Shown here one piece after another: positions 11,240 to 26,464 of a stretch of DNA of 64,000 nt. Under the pieces are notes generated by a model, which was given only the letters and a program-made list of their open reading frames with translations, was not told where the DNA came from and searched no databases. Position numbers and translations under genes: made by a program. This stretch comes from Octopus sinensis (lineage: Eukaryota), in contig NC_043011.1 of the NCBI RefSeq assembly GCF_006345805.1, positions 65,112,464 through 65,176,463 on the forward strand, read 5' to 3'. Positions within the stretch are counted from its first letter, which is position 1; each line of letters begins with the position of its first letter.

Positions 11240-12200
11240 CCATTTTCTACACTGCTCTTCCACCCCTCTGGTAGACTTGTACGTCCCCTTTTTCAAACTT
11301 TAATTCACCCTGAAGAAATACACATTTCCAGTCTTTTTGTGGCCACGTCTACAGTATTCATTTTTTTCTGTCCAAATGATTTTGAACATTGCGGAATAAT
11401 TAATGATGGAATGGGGCAATGTCGGCGAATATGTTCGGGGGGGCATCGTGTCGCATTAAAACACGGCCAACATCCGAACCAGCCTTATTATTATCGTCAT
11501 GGAACCAATGATCGTCGATTTACTTCCAACGCTAACGTAAGACGCGCAAGTTGCTTGTAAATCTTCACAGTGGACACAAGCTTTTCAAACAGTGGGTAAA
11601 GTCCTTGTTTAATGTCTGTGGTTGGTGTTTCACCTTTCCCTACACACTCACTTCGACGCTTGATATTTCCAATGTGAACCCATTTTTAGACACCAGTCAG
11701 TATTTGGTCCAAAAATGGTTCATTCGTGAGACATGTCAGCAAAGAAGAAGGCACACACACTCTCTGCGCGCGATTTGATATGGACATTGTGTCAGTAACC
11801 CATCGACCTAATTTACTCACTTTTACAATGGTACGCTGTTGTCAATGAATGGTTGAACGACGAAGTCTAATTTTCTCTCCTTGTTCCTCAACATTTACGA
11901 TCGGATATCGTTCCACCAGCTTTTGCGGCACGTGGTGATTGATCGAACTTTTAGATCGAGGCTTGTCTACTAGTCTGTAGTTTCCGTCTCGCAATTTCTT
12001 GAACCGTCGTTGACACTGGTTTAAGCTAATTGTCGATGCCAAAATACTACATTTATATTCCACAAACATTCCGTTGCCTTGTTGCTTTGTCACTTTCTTT
12101 ATACCTTTGAAAATAACTGTTAAAATATTCACTCTTCAAATGTCTTACTGAGAAGTACAAACTAAAATTACTATAAATTACTTTTATAGCAAGTTGTTAC
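11240..12200 (-). mobile_element. Mariner-like transposase remnant (paralogs about 33070-34130 and 46230-46640)
   Basis: QRRFKKLRDGNYRLVDKPRS; paralog reads WETKPHPTYSPHITPSDHELFRS; EGTYKSTRG C-terminus. Confidence 0.8.
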
Positions 12201-12229
12201 AGGCGGTTTACCGGGTTACTCTCCGAATT

Positions 12230-12730
12230 TAGTTCATGCAATTGAAACATCTTCATTATTTATGGGATAGCCAAATGTAAAATCAATATTCTGAAGTAAG
12301 CCGTAATTGTTTTAGCGTCGTCTCAAACTGGTCAGCCGATATTTCTGCTGGATAATAAGTGCTAAAATATGACAGTGCTAACATAGATATGAAGGTGATT
12401 GAAGTTGGAAATAATTTAGTAATGCTTTGGACGACACTGTTCTTCAGTCCACTGAATATTTATGGAGGGTATTTGGTGAAAGATCAAACAGTACCGACCT
12501 GCGAATGTCATGATATTGTGGGAAATACATGAGGAAGAATGAAATACAATTACCTCAAAACAATATGAAAATTTAACCAAATACTCTGGCTGGAAATGTG
12601 TTGACACCCTTAAAGATAAAGGAATATAGATATCTTATTAATATAGTGATGCGGATTGGAAAAATATCTGGCATATTTGTTTTTGTTTAAATTTGTATTA
12701 GACGTGCTATAATTTGGACCGGCTTGTATT
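12230..12730 (+). mobile_element. Tc1-like remnant, 3' part (paralog about 34130-34680)
   Basis: Degenerate SPLNIYG / PQNNMKI / CVDTLKDKG Tc1 C-terminal motifs ending in a TIR-like ataatttggaccggcttgta. Confidence 0.55.
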
Positions 12731-12848
12731 TTCCAAATAAATATGTTTCGTTTCATAAATTATTTAGTTATTAATCAGTTCCTACAAATTTTATTATAAT
12801 TAATAAACATACTTTTATGTTAGGATCCCTTATTAGGTTCATAATATA

Positions 12849-13994
<1,146 letters not shown>

Positions 13995-14089
13995 GAAAAT
14001 ATACAGCTTGCGATGGGTAAATTGTCACTATTTGATATTTCTAATTTTGCGTATATGCATTATTTGTTTTGCTTTCGTCGACTCGTCCT

Positions 14090-14810
14090 CTATTCACCAA
14101 AGAATCATCGGTTAGGCTCCATTTTTGAGAATTACATCACGATATTGCAATTCACTATGACAAGAAGTGGAACATATGTTGTACTGGAATGGACAAGGCA
14201 CAGAATTCTGTATATGGGGGTGTGTATCTGAGGACAGCGCGTGTAATCAGTGTGACGAAATCAACCGTCATCGTGTTTGAAGTAATCACTAATAGTTGCA
14301 GCGTTGTGCCTGCTTTCCCCTTCCCACTCGGCCTCAAACTGAACTCGAAAGCCTGTATCACATGTCTGACGGAGGTAGTGAACAGTGGGAGAAAAGGGTG
14401 TCTACTGGAAGGCTGTATGTCTAGAGACAGGACTCCACACCCTGCCACATAAGCAGGAGAAAACAATCATGGCTGCCTGAAAATTTCTATGAGAACATCA
14501 ACCCAACATCAGCCCACGAACCTCCCCAGATTGCAGCCCATATGATTATCACGTGTCTGGAGCTCTTCATCGACAGAGCAAAAGATAGAAATCCTTATAA
14601 CACAAAAGATGGACTGAATGAAGGGATTATGGCAGCATTGAACAACTTAACCAAGGACACATTCTAGAAAAGTTGTACGTGATTCCAAGGTCGCCAATGG
14701 CAATTATTATATTCAAGGAATGTACCCTTTGGCTTTTCAAGATATTTTCGTGTCAAGTTGGGAAATATATCTTCTAAAATGAGGGATCAGAATTAATTCC
14801 CGTTGGGTAT
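14090..14810 (+). mobile_element. Tc3/maT-like (DD37D-type) transposase remnant (paralogs about 35680-36420, 46660-47420)
   Basis: VIVFEVITNSCSVVPAFPFPLGLKLNSKACITCLTEVV matches the VMVLGVVSxEGxVMPPHFFPxGLxVN pattern; QDSTPCH follows. Confidence 0.7.
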
Positions 14811-14935
14811 GATTTAGATGTCCATTTATTCACCCCGCATTGTATATATACCTAGATACAGAACTGACTGCAGTCAATAGACATCCCATAATATATCGTT
14901 TTATTTTTTATTTTCTTCTTTTCGTCTTTTCTCAG

Positions 14936-14993
14936 GTTATTTGGCTACGCTATATTAACAACTATTCTACAGACACAAATTATTTTAGAATGA
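14936..14993 (+). CDS. Gene A exon 3 coding part: LFGYAILTTILQTQIILE* (protein 65 aa)
   Basis: Long polypyrimidine tract ending ctcag|. Phase-2 frame supported by synonymous differences versus gene B (GCT/GCC, TTA/CTA). Confidence 0.75.
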
Positions 14994-15322
14994 AGTGCTA
15001 TATGAGAAGAATATTATGATGAAATCATGCCGATAAAAACTTGCTGTGGCTTGGAGAAATGAAAAAGAGGCAATTATTTGAAGAAGGTGAAATATTATTT
15101 TACTAGAAAAAGAAAACTAATATTATTTGAACTCAAATGAATCGGCAAAACGACACGAATATTTTCGGAGAAACATTCGTCGAAAAATATTGAACAGAAA
15201 TGTATTATGATTTTTGTTTGCAGATTCCTATGAATTTTTATTATTCTCTTTGTAATTATCAAACTATGTACATATTATTACTGTATTAAATTAATATGTA
15301 CATATAAAATCTGTATTAAACT

Positions 15323-15328
15323 AATAAA
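15323..15328 (+). terminator. Candidate polyadenylation signal, gene A
   Basis: AATAAA in the context ctAATAAA within the 3' region shared by A, B and C. Confidence 0.4.
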
Positions 15329-15877
15329 AATATTACGCATTAAAAAAATTATTATTAATTATTTAATAAGATATATTAGCATTTTCTATACTAAAAATGA
15401 TATAAAAATAATTATGTTTATGGTATATATACTGGTAGTTATCTTCTATCAATCTTTTGATGGATACAATTTCTATGATTCAAATAAACATTCGAAAATA
15501 TATATAAAATAATGGATTTTTCTTCAGTTGTATAGATAAATACTTTTAATTATAATATTACATTATAATATTACGTTATAATATTACGTTAGATGCATTA
15601 AAAATGACTTGTCTAAAAATAAATTACGGGAGCAGTATCATAGCATAGTCTTAAGTATTGAAACTGGATAAGTAGATTTAATCCTGGAAAAGAGCTAGAT
15701 GAAAGTACAGTTCTATATTTAAGAAATGGGGAAATATGTACGTTATTTTCATTATTTATATTTGACGAATATTTTTCCTCACGGTGTGTGTTGTTGACAC
15801 AACTTTTCAGCTGATATACTCTCCAGCTTTCATCATGGGAAAACTTCGAGCCTGGGTTTTCATTCCTAAGATATGTT

Positions 15878-15920
<43 letters not shown>

Positions 15921-16009
15921 CCGATTCCTAGCAAAGAAACTCATTGTATACATTGGTAGGCAATTAAACTAAACTCACTTGTTCGTTCATTTTTATTTCA
16001 TAGAAATAA

Positions 16010-17760
16010 AGTTAAATTAAAATACATGGGTAGTAATAGATCTCACAACGACAATGCTCTTCTCAATACGTGTGATGTACCAGTTAAGACAATCTTTTGC
16101 AGGGATCATTCTCATATAATTTCCGGTTCCCTTCTTGATCCTTCCTAGTGCTCCTACAATCACTGGTATTGTAAACGCCTTGAGATGCCACATTTTCTCA
16201 ATTTCAATGAGAAGGTTTTTATATTTTCTGAGCTTGTCAAGAACTTTCGCCGAGATATTATGATCACATGGGATGCTCATGTCGATCGATATGCAAATTA
16301 TACTGTTTAGGTCTTTCAAAACAATATCCGGTTTCTTGGCTTTGATGGGTCGGTCTGTATGTACTGGAGAGTCCAACAGAATCGTTACATTTTCTCCTTC
16401 AGTTACAGCTTCAGGGTGGTGATTATACCACTTGTCGGCAGTTTTGATTTTGTAATGTCGACCTATTAGCCAGTGTAGATATTGGCCAACTCTGTCACGT
16501 CTTAATTTATACTCCACTGGTGCTAAGACTTTACATCCAGAGATTAGGTGGTCTACTGATTCAATCATGTCATTGTAGAATCGGCATTTTGGGTCTGCTC
16601 CATTTTTCAACACATTAGCCTGGTAGTTCCGGGTTAATATGCTTTGATCTTGAGCAGCCAGGATGAAACCTTCACTCTCTGCTTTTAGCCCTGAGCTCCG
16701 TAGCCACTAATGGGTTTGCTTCTGGTCAACATCAGCTTGTTTGCTACGGGCCACATAATTGCCGTGCAGAGGTTTCTCCTCCCACCTATCAGTCAATTGC
16801 TCGTGTGTTTTTTCGTTGCCATTATTTTCACCTTTTTGCAACAATAGTTGCCGTACTTCCATCGGGTTGTTCAGTTTGGGTATCCTGCACGAGATCAATA
16901 GCAAGATTTTTGCTTTCCTCTATGATAGAAAGGAGCTTCTTTCGTCTCTCGTGATTTTCCACGAGCTTTAGCATCCAGTCATTCGTTATTTCAAGATATT
17001 TGGCCAGTCCAATTGTGGTTGTTTTGTAAGTTGGTTCAAATTGGATCAGACCTACACCTCCCTGGGCTCTGGGGAGGTAAAGGCGATCTACGTCTGCCTT
17101 TGGGTGGTGCATCCTATTACAACTCAGCAGCTTGCGTAATTTCAAGATCCATGAATGCGGTATACTGTCGAAGGCGTTTTTATAGTTAATCCATGCGGAG
17201 CTAAGTTTTCTGCGCTTGTTGTGCCAGTTCTCAAGGATCATACGATTAATTAGCAGTTGATCTTTGCCTCCACATGAGCCTCGGCGGCACCCTTTTTCTT
17301 CAGTGGGGAAAATATCGTTCTTCTCTATGAATGCATGTTTTCTCCGCCAGGATAGATGTAAGGATTTTATACGTGGTGGATAAACAGGTTATATGGCGAT
17401 AGATTTTTGGAAGCTTAGTTTCGTTATTCTTTGGGAGTAGGTAAGTAATGCCACTTGCTAACCATTCAGGTGTTTTCTTTGGGTCTCTCGTAATTCCATT
17501 GAGCAGCTGAACTAGCTTACCGTGTGCTCATGAGTGCGAGAAATTCGGCACCCTATATTCAACGGGGAATTTCCAATTATGGGCCTTCGCGAGTGCCTTT
17601 CTTGGGTCTGCTATTGTGATGTCTTCCCATGCTTGTTGTTGTAAATTTTGGTACGATCCTTCTGTTTGTATAATCCAGTGTACATTTATGTTGTACGTCT
17701 TCTTGTCACTCCTAATCCTTTTCCAAATGTTTTGAACTTCTTCCATTGGAGGGGGGTCTT
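16010..17760 (-). mobile_element. R4/Dong-like LINE fragment (RT, CCHC zinc knuckle, restriction-like endonuclease), internally deleted
   Basis: WINYKNAFDSIPHSW, RMHHPKADVDRLYLPRAQGG, KCRFYNDMIESVDHLISGC, KPDIVLKD...IDMSIP; flanked by (ATT)n. Confidence 0.9.
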
Positions 17761-17924
17761 TAACGGTTACTTTCTCCTTCCCTATTTCTTAGTAGAATGT
17801 TTTGGCATTGGATGTGAACAGCGTATTTTGCTTGTAAAAGTTGTTTCTCTTCTCAAATCTTCGTATTCTTTGTGCTTTTGTTTGGACTTTTTGTTTCAGC
17901 GTTTCTTTTATGGATATCGTATTA

Positions 17925-17977
17925 TTGTTATTATTATATTTATTATTATTATTATTATTTTTATTATTATTATATTT

Positions 17978-18070
<93 letters not shown>

Positions 18071-18072
18071 GA
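17925..18072 (+). repeat. (ATT)n microsatellite, one of many (also 18410-18540, 20660-20835, 22020-22100, 48415-48510, 49240-49345, 50300-50690)
   Basis: Direct tandem repeat. Confidence 0.95.
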
Positions 18073-18410
18073 GTGAGAGAGCAGTTCATGCCATCAAAGT
18101 GACACTGGGGTAAAATATACGAAGCCCAATATACCCATCATGACTACCCGTCTGATAAGGGTACACCAGGCACATGCATCACAACCATATGTGCGCGACA
18201 TGGTGATCTCATATCAAGATAAACAGCACATGACCTTGCAGGTGGGGCCCAGTTAGAATTTTCTTCAGGTTGAGTAGCCCATCCCGCTCAAAAGGTCCCT
18301 GAATAAGGGTTGTTTAAGGATGTTGAAAGAACCACCCATGTTTCCAGAGGTGAATTATTCAAACCCCAAAGAATCCCTCTCAACACATGGCTATGATGCT
18401 CCCCCACTTA
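18073..18410. repeat. About 340-bp interspersed repeat embedded between (ATT)n tracts
   Basis: Non-coding, GC-richer segment recalled as a common octopus repeat; possibly a LINE UTR or SINE. Confidence 0.55.
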
Positions 18411-18540
<130 letters not shown>

Positions 18541-18734
18541 ATGTTTGACTTTTGCTTTATATTTTTACAAGTTTGCTCCATGTCTCACCCAAAGATTTCA
18601 AGAGACAACAGGTTGGAAGTTCACGTCGTTGTTATGCCTAGTGCGCCATATATTTGAGGGTTATTTTGGTGTTGTACTAGTGAATGTCTAAAAAATAAAT
18701 TAAAAAAAAATAATTAAAAATCTGTTTGTTTTAA

Positions 18735-20630
18735 ACCTTGAGATTACATAGAAAGAATTTTGCGTAGGATACGAGCTGTTACCATGAGCACTAACTTTTG
18801 AATTTTTGCCATTTTGGGGTTTCCTGGTATCTGAGTTAGGTGGCAATCAGCCCCTTTTGCTATCATTCCCAGGGCACCTATGACAACAGGTGTTTTTCTA
18901 GTCTTCAGGTTCCACATTTTGGTGATTTCTATTTCATGATCTTTATATTTGCTCAGTTTTTGGTAGGTCTTGACAGATACGTTTATATCGATTGGGACAG
19001 TTTTATCAATGAGGAGGCATGTTCTTTGTCTGAAGTATTTCAATATGATGACTGGCCTATTTGCATCTATCTTTCTGTCAGTTTGAATGGTGAAGTTCCG
19101 GAGGAGTGAGATGTGGTCATTTTCAAGCACTGGAGGTGGATTGTGTTCTCACCAGTTTTTTTCATGTGGCAAATGTAGGTTTTTGCATATTATCCAGTGA
19201 ATATATTGTGCATCTCTATCATGCCTGTTGAGATAATTTGTAGGCGCATGAAGACTGCACTTGGAGACAACATGATCAATGGTTTCATTTTGATGTTGAC
19301 GTTCACGACATGTTGAGCTACTGCCGCTCTTTAATATGTTGGCCTGGTGGTTTCTTGTTGGTAGGCATTGATCTTGAACTGCTATGATAAACCCCTCTGT
19401 TTCAGATTTTAAGTCAGAGGCCATTAGCCATTGATGGGTCAGGGATTTCTCAATATGTGCATTATTCGCTCTCTTTGGGTATTTGCCATAGAGAGGTTTT
19501 TCTTGCCATTTATTATTCAGAATATCAAAGGCCGCAGTTTTAGCACGGGTTTTCATGCGCCTAGCTTTTTATGTGCTTGCTTCTTGTATGTCTATCTCTA
19601 ATTCCGAGATTTGTTGTATTCGGAATTCACTTAGATATTCCTTTGCCTGTTTTGTTACTGAGTATGATGCTTTCTTGTTTTCATGTTTTGAGACAAGTTT
19701 TAACATCCAGTCCTCAGACTTTTTCAGGTAGGTGTCTAGGCCAATTGTAGCAATCTTCATTGTTATTGCCAGTTGTAAAAGACCACGGCCTCCCTCTTTT
19801 CTTGGCAGATAAATTCGTTCTGTATCTGCCTTAGGGTGGTGCATTCTATGCATTGTCAACAGTTTTCGTATTTTTCTGCGAAGATTACATATTTCAGTAA
19901 TCGACCAGTTAACGATATTGAAACTGTAAGTCACGACTGGTATGGCTAATACATTGATCGCTTCGATCCTGTTTCTTGCATTCAGCTCTGTCTTGAGTAT
20001 TGCTCTCACTCTTCGATAACATTCTCTCCTGATCCTTTCCTTCATCTCTGAAAGCCTTATTCCGTTCCCTTCAATTACCACTGGGTACTTGTAGCTCTCC
20101 GCTTGATCTAGTTCTTTTATTACATTCTGCTGGTCAAGGTTAACGTTAGATGTTTCTGTCATTTTTCCTTTGATAAAGGTAGCTTTTGCACATTCATCGA
20201 GGCTAAATTGCATTCTGATGTCGTTACTGAATTGTTTGACAATCGCTAGTAAGCCCTTGAGTTGTTGATCATTTTTTGCAAAGAGCTTTAAATCATCCAT
20301 GTAATTGAAATGATTTATATTTTTATCAAACATTTTATATCCGTACTGAGCGTCATTGAGCAGTTTTGAGAGAGGTATTAAGGCTAAACAAAAGAGGAGT
20401 TGTGATAGTGAGTCACCCTGGAAAATGCCACATGAAATTTTTACATCACCAGCATTTAGAGATTCATTGTCGCTGTTCACAGTTAGTGTGGTTCTCCATG
20501 ATCTCAAATTTATAGTCAAAACGTTTCGCAGAGTAGGTGCTATCTTATACATATCCAGGCATTTCTTAACCCAGCTATGTGGTAGGCGAGCAAAAGCCTT
20601 TTTATAGTCTATCCAAGCTATTTATAAGTT
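18735..20630 (-). mobile_element. R4/Dong-like LINE, 5'-truncated, RT to endonuclease with frameshifts
   Basis: CGIFQGDSLSQLLF, NYMDDLKL, SETEGFIIAVQDQ, ETIDHVVSKC, NRPVIILK...KYKDHEIEITKMWNL. Confidence 0.92.
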
Positions 20631-20733
20631 TTTGTGACGTTTGTGACAATTTTCTAAGATTATTATCATTATTATTATCATTATTATATTATCATTATTA
20701 TCATTATTATCATTATTACTATTATTATTATTA

Positions 20734-20815
<82 letters not shown>

Positions 20816-20859
20816 CATTATTATTATTATTATTCAGTAGTTTTATTTTTATTTTTATA

Positions 20860-22020
20860 GTGTGCTTTCACTTCACTACCGAGCGTAGATCTGTGTGCCT
20901 TGGGTATGTGCTGTGATTTGTTGTGATGCTCTGATGGTTATTGTATGGAAAGTGTTCTGCGTAGGATGTGTGCAGTGCCTAGTAGTGCAATTTTCTGTAT
21001 GTTATATGTGTTTGTAAGTCCTGGTGTTTTTGTTATGTATTTGTCTGAATATTTTTTTATCATGCCTAATGCACCTACTATGATAGGAATTGTTTCTGTT
21101 TTCAGATTCCGCATTCTAGTTACCTCTATTTCCAGGTCTTTGTATTTTGAGAGTTTCTCCATTTCTTTTAGAGACACGTTGTCATCTGCCGGTACTGATA
21201 CATCAATTAGAAAGCATTGTTTTTCTTCATGGTCTCTGACAACTATATCTGGTATGTTGGCCTTAATTTCTCTATCTGTGTGTATCGGCATATCCCAGAG
21301 TATGGTTGCTTTCTCGTTTTCTGTGACCTTTTCTGGTGTGTGCCTATACCATCTTTTTTCTGTTGTTATTCCATAATGTTGGCATAGCTTCCAATGTATG
21401 TAAGTTCCAACTCTGTCGTGTCTGTGAATATATTCCTTCTTAGCCAGGACTGGGCAGCTAGAGATAATATGATTTATTGTTTCTTGTCCATCTCCACATA
21501 TTCTGCAGTTACTTGTAATATTTCTTTTCATTACATGTTTTTGGTAATTTCTGGTGGGGAGGCTTTGGTCTTGTGCTGCAATTAAAAATCCCTCTGTTTC
21601 TGCTTTGAGTCCTGAGCTTCTCAACCATTGCTGGGATTTTTCTTTGTCTATTTCTTTTGCGTTTAGTGTAGTCCAGTATTTAGCATGAAGGGGCTTTTCT
21701 TGCCATCGTTTTATCATGGTTCGTTGCTGTTCTATTTTTAGTTTGGATTTCATTTTTTTTATAGCTTTTGTTGTTTCTTCATCTTCTTCTTCTTCTTCTT
21801 CATGTTTATTAGGTGGTATGATTTCTTGTTTGTATTTGTCAGCTTCCTTAAATACTGAGAACAGTTTTTTGTTTTGCTCGTGTTTTGCCGCTATCTGGAT
21901 CAGTTTTCCTTCCTTCTGAAGTAGATATTTTTGCAGTCCTATGATGGTTATTTTATAGTAGTTTTCCAGCTGTATAAGGCCTCTACCACCTTCTATACGT
22001 TGTATATATAGTCTTTCTAT
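20860..22020 (-). mobile_element. R4/Dong-like LINE 3' portion (365-aa ORF) with 3' UTR
   Basis: ERLYIQRIEGGRGLIQL, CRICGDGQETINHIISSC, ANIPDIVVRD...KYKDLEIEV, GTAHILRRTLSIQ*; bounded by (ATT)n. Confidence 0.92.
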
Positions 22021-22031
22021 TATTATTATTA

Positions 22032-22075
<44 letters not shown>

Positions 22076-22179
22076 ATTATTATTATTATTATTATTATTA
22101 TTTTTTTTTTTTTATTTTTTAATTCACTGTCTTTAATCTAACTCGGAGACTAGGTGTTTGTAGCTCGTGCTCTATGGGC

Positions 22180-22250
22180 ATATGGCTTAGTGATTAATAG
22201 CGGGTGGTACCAACGATGAAATTCCGCGTTCGATTCCAGACAGTGACCTT
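22180..22250 (+). mobile_element. tRNA-derived SINE head fragment
   Basis: A-box-like tggcttagtga and B-box-like gttcgattcc; no full cloverleaf. Confidence 0.45.
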
Positions 22251-22989
22251 AATAATAATAATAATGATAATAATAATAATAATAATATTGATAATAATAA
22301 TAATAGTAAAAATAATAATAATAACAATAATAATAATAATAATGATAATAATATTAATAATAATAATAGTAATAATAATAATAATAATAATATTAAGTAT
22401 AATAATAATAATAATAATCACACGTATTGAGAAGAGCATTGTCGATGTGAGAACTGTTGCTGCTCATGTATTTTAATTTAACTTTAAAAAATAAAAAAAA
22501 TTAACGAACTACTGAGTTTGGTTTAATGACCTACCAATATACACTATGAGTTTCTTTGCCCTAGGAGTCGGGAAGACACTCGGCAAGAAATGGAAGAAAA
22601 TTTGAAAGAAGAAAAAAAAGTAATAAAAATAATAATAATAATAATAATAATATCGAACATTAACTTATTAATAAGAACCCAGGTTCCAAATTACCCCCAA
22701 GATATCCGATGAAGTCTGTAGGGTATATCAACTGAAACGTTGTCTTAACAACAAGCAAGATGAGACCAAATGTCCGTCAAATACAAATAATGTAAACATA
22801 ATTTATGCTTAAAAACTTTCTGTTGAAGTTAAAAGTTGTGAATTAACAGTCTAAATTTAATTTTTTAGTGAGTGCGATGAGTTCTAAGCATATTTGTTGT
22901 TTTGTTTTGCAAATTTAAAAAAAGGTTCGGATAAAATATTCGATATAAACGTGTATCTGTATTGAGCTGAAAGATTTCTGGTTTTGTCA

Positions 22990-24815
22990 AGCAACGTGGA
23001 TTGAGGACATACGTCAATGTAATGTTCGAATTTGAAAATATTGGATTGGGAAGAATGTAATTTTGTTGGGTTTTTTTTAGTGTGAAATAAAAGTCAATTT
23101 ATTCATAGAAAGTTTGAACTGAAATAAATTCTATATTTTCCATTTTGTTCAATGACCTTTTGCCATATTTGGGGCATCGGTTTCAGGGCATCATCGATAT
23201 TCAAAGTTTTATCATTTCAAAAATTTGCAATCTTCGAAATAAATGGTCACATGATGATGAAGGTTATGTGGGGAACGGAAGAGAACTTCCAATCCTAGCC
23301 CCAATAAAGTTTCTTGTATGAGCAAAGATGTGTGTTGTCTAGTGTTGTCAAGGAAGAACGCGATTCCTTTAAGATACGCCAATTCTGAAATTTTTGTTTG
23401 ATTCCTGCATCCAGCCTCATTAGTAGTTGAGAGTAAACAGCTGAATTGGTCGTTTGGTTCCTGGGAAGCAGATCAAAGTACACAATACTCTTGCGAACCC
23501 ACCAAACTGACAGCATGACCAATTTTGGATGCAAATCAGCTCCCGATGTTGCTAGTGCTGGTTCATTACGCTTGACCCATGATCCATTTAGATTGTTCTT
23601 TTTGCAGACTATCCTTGTTTCATCAGCAGAGATGATGTTTCAAAACAAATTTCAATTCATTGCGTTCGAGAAGCATATTGAAAACACTGATTCCTTTTGT
23701 AAAATGAACCGCTTAATTAATTTTGAATTCCTGTGTTTCATACATTGAACCTCTCTCCATATCACTCGCACAATTATATGACAATCAGATTCAAATATTG
23801 CTTTGAATCTGTCATCATCATCGTTAGTAGGTTAACCAAAGCGTTGTTCAACTTTCAGTGAAAAATCTCCAGAACGGACATTTTAAATACATTTTGCGCA
23901 TGTGCCAATTCTATTAAGCAAACAACACCATATAATCTTCACATATACCTTTGTGGACCTAGGCAACAGTCTTGCCTTTACAGAAATAAAAATGCAAAAT
24001 AAGACGAAAACGCCATATGTCCTAACGCTTGTTGCCACCTCCGCCCGATTTTGTTAGAGCTGTGCAAAGATGTAAAGGGATTATTATTAGAAGTAGAAGT
24101 AGTAGTAAACCTATGCTGATAATTATTATGATTTCTGTTATTAGTATTAATTTTATTTTCTTTCAATTAGTTTCCATGCCTTGAAGAGTGTCTTCTAAAC
24201 ACCTAGACACTCACATTCGTAGACAAAGTCACTCACATTCGTAGGCCATTGGAATAAGCACAACAAACTTTTCAGTTACAAAGCCATGCGATAAAATAAA
24301 ATAAAATAAAATGACAGAGGGGAGACGTTAAAAAGGAAAGATGACTACAGAAAGCAAATACGGGAGAAAAGGAAAGAAACATTGACAGCAGGAATGCTCT
24401 CGTCCGTACGTATGACGTTCCATAAGAAAAGGTTTTGCAGCATTTATGGCAAACCAGGTGTCGTCTTCAAATAATTCCGTGTTGTCTGCTTCATCATTCA
24501 AAGTGCTCCTACAATTACGTGAAATGTACCCGTTTTGAGATACCACATTCTATAGATTATAATCAGTAAACTTTTGTATTTTCTAAGCTTCTCTAATTCC
24601 TTGCTTGGGATATTACGTTCACAATATACGCTCAACGCAATCAATAAAGATATTATATTATTTTGGGTTTCACTACAATATACGGTTTTAAAGCGTTGAT
24701 AGTCCGCTCTGTATGTACAGGAATGTCACAATGTATCGTTACATTTTCTCTTTCAGTAACATACTCTAGATGATGCTTGTAACATTTGTCAGCATTTTCA
24801 TTTCATAATAGTGAC
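22990..24815 (+). repeat. Segmental duplication, near-identical to about 53255-55080
   Basis: Line-by-line match; paired ORFs 23295/53560, 23446/53711, 23978/54243. Confidence 0.92.
23270..23800 (-). mobile_element. Mariner transposase remnant (near-identical copy about 53540-54070)
   Basis: HPKLVMLSVWW...YFDLLPRNQTTNSAVYSQLL. Confidence 0.85.
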
Positions 24816-24983
24816 ACATCATCCAATGTATAAATGGCCAAACCTATCGTGCCAAATCTATCATTGCATATATAGTTTTGTGTTAGTGTGTGTGTGAATA
24901 TGTTTACGTGTAGAAACCTGTTTCTGTCCACGTATATTCACACTTCTGGTTTTCTCTCTCTTTATATATCTCTCTCTCTCTCA

Positions 24984-25059
<76 letters not shown>

Positions 25060-26424
25060 GGACATATGTATATATATATACGTTGTACTAGTTTAGATAA
25101 AGCGAACTTTATCTTGCACGTAGGACTATCTAGCTGTCCCAGTTATACATGGGAAGCCCATTTGTACAGGCATTCAGTTGTAATAACTAACAACCTGAAC
25201 TACAAAAATATATCGAAGAACAACGAATGATGAAGCTACCGCAATACTTCGCCAAACATAATTTCAAACTGCAAGCATGCTTGAGATTCAATGACAGGTG
25301 AGACGTCACCAAAGCAGAAGAAGGGAACATTCAGGTGCTGAATTCCCCCTCACCTTATTGATACATTATCGCAATTATTGTAGGGGATGTTGTGGTAAAG
25401 CAAGTGTAGTAATGAATCTTTCCCCGTGACATAATAGCAAGATGGTAAAAATTAAAAACAAGAAGAATGATTATGCATTGTTTTCGTTAGATATTTGTTA
25501 CGAAGAAGCAGGTAAATATGGTGCTTTATTGTACAAAATTAGGCTTTTGATTTCTGGAGAAATACTACCATTTATCGTCACCAAGCTTTATACAATTAAG
25601 AAAAGGTGAGCCCCATGAAACTTCCTGATTTCCAATACCTCAAGTTGGATAGGTAAATATTCGAAATATTAAAATTGTATGCAAGCGAAGAAAGCGAGAA
25701 AAATATGCATGCATAAACTTAGAATAATCTGCCCCAAACGCCCAGAAATTGTGTTCTTTAGGAAACCCGAAAATCAGCTCCCCTCCAGTTGCCTGAAACT
25801 CTCATCTTGAAATTTCACGTCCACATCCTGTCACAAACTAACCGTTTCTGTCAGATTCTTATCAAAAAATATATATTGAGTGTATTTAAGGGCGGTAAAA
25901 AATAAACCACAATATCTATTTCCTATGATTTTACGAACATGGAAATCATAGTAAATTATTCTAAGATTCTTATAGTGCCGCCTGCAGTGGCGAGGACAGC
26001 AGATCAATTTCCCTTCAACATGAAATGTCCTGAAGAAACGGTATCTATAGCGTAATTTGTCACAAACCTAAAATAAGTACTTGTAAATTATTTGAAAGGA
26101 AGTAAGTTTAAACGTCTTGATTATGTCGGCTTCTCTTTCATTGGAGTGATTTATCACGAAATTAATGCCATCTGGGCAGCACCGTGTATTTTAATCCCAT
26201 ATATATGATAGCAGAAAAGCTCAATAAAAAATGTTGCTTCTTAAACTCATAAATTCTAAATAACTGATGTGCAAACACAATATTTCATCATGAACAATAA
26301 ACATTTAAAGAGTTTATAGTTATAGATATACGTAGTGTAACGTATTTTAATTCATATTCATATATAAAAAAGCCATCTTGAAGACAGCTTTATAAAAAAA
26401 AACCGGTGGTGAATAAGTGAAATT

Positions 26425-26464
26425 ATGATGAAGATTGCAGCTTTTATTTTTGTTCTCTTAATTA
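26425..26464 (+). CDS. Gene B exon 1: signal peptide MMKIAAFIFVLLI
   Basis: One synonymous difference from gene A exon 1 (AAA/AAG); A|gtaagt donor. Confidence 0.85.

Noticed and set aside
20938-22035. 365-aa ORF as a host gene
   Set aside because: Zinc knuckle and restriction-like endonuclease of a 5'-truncated non-LTR retrotransposon; the N-terminal MIIIII comes from (ATT)n.
22180-22250. tRNA gene
   Set aside because: Only A/B-box-like remnants with no cloverleaf; consistent with a SINE head.
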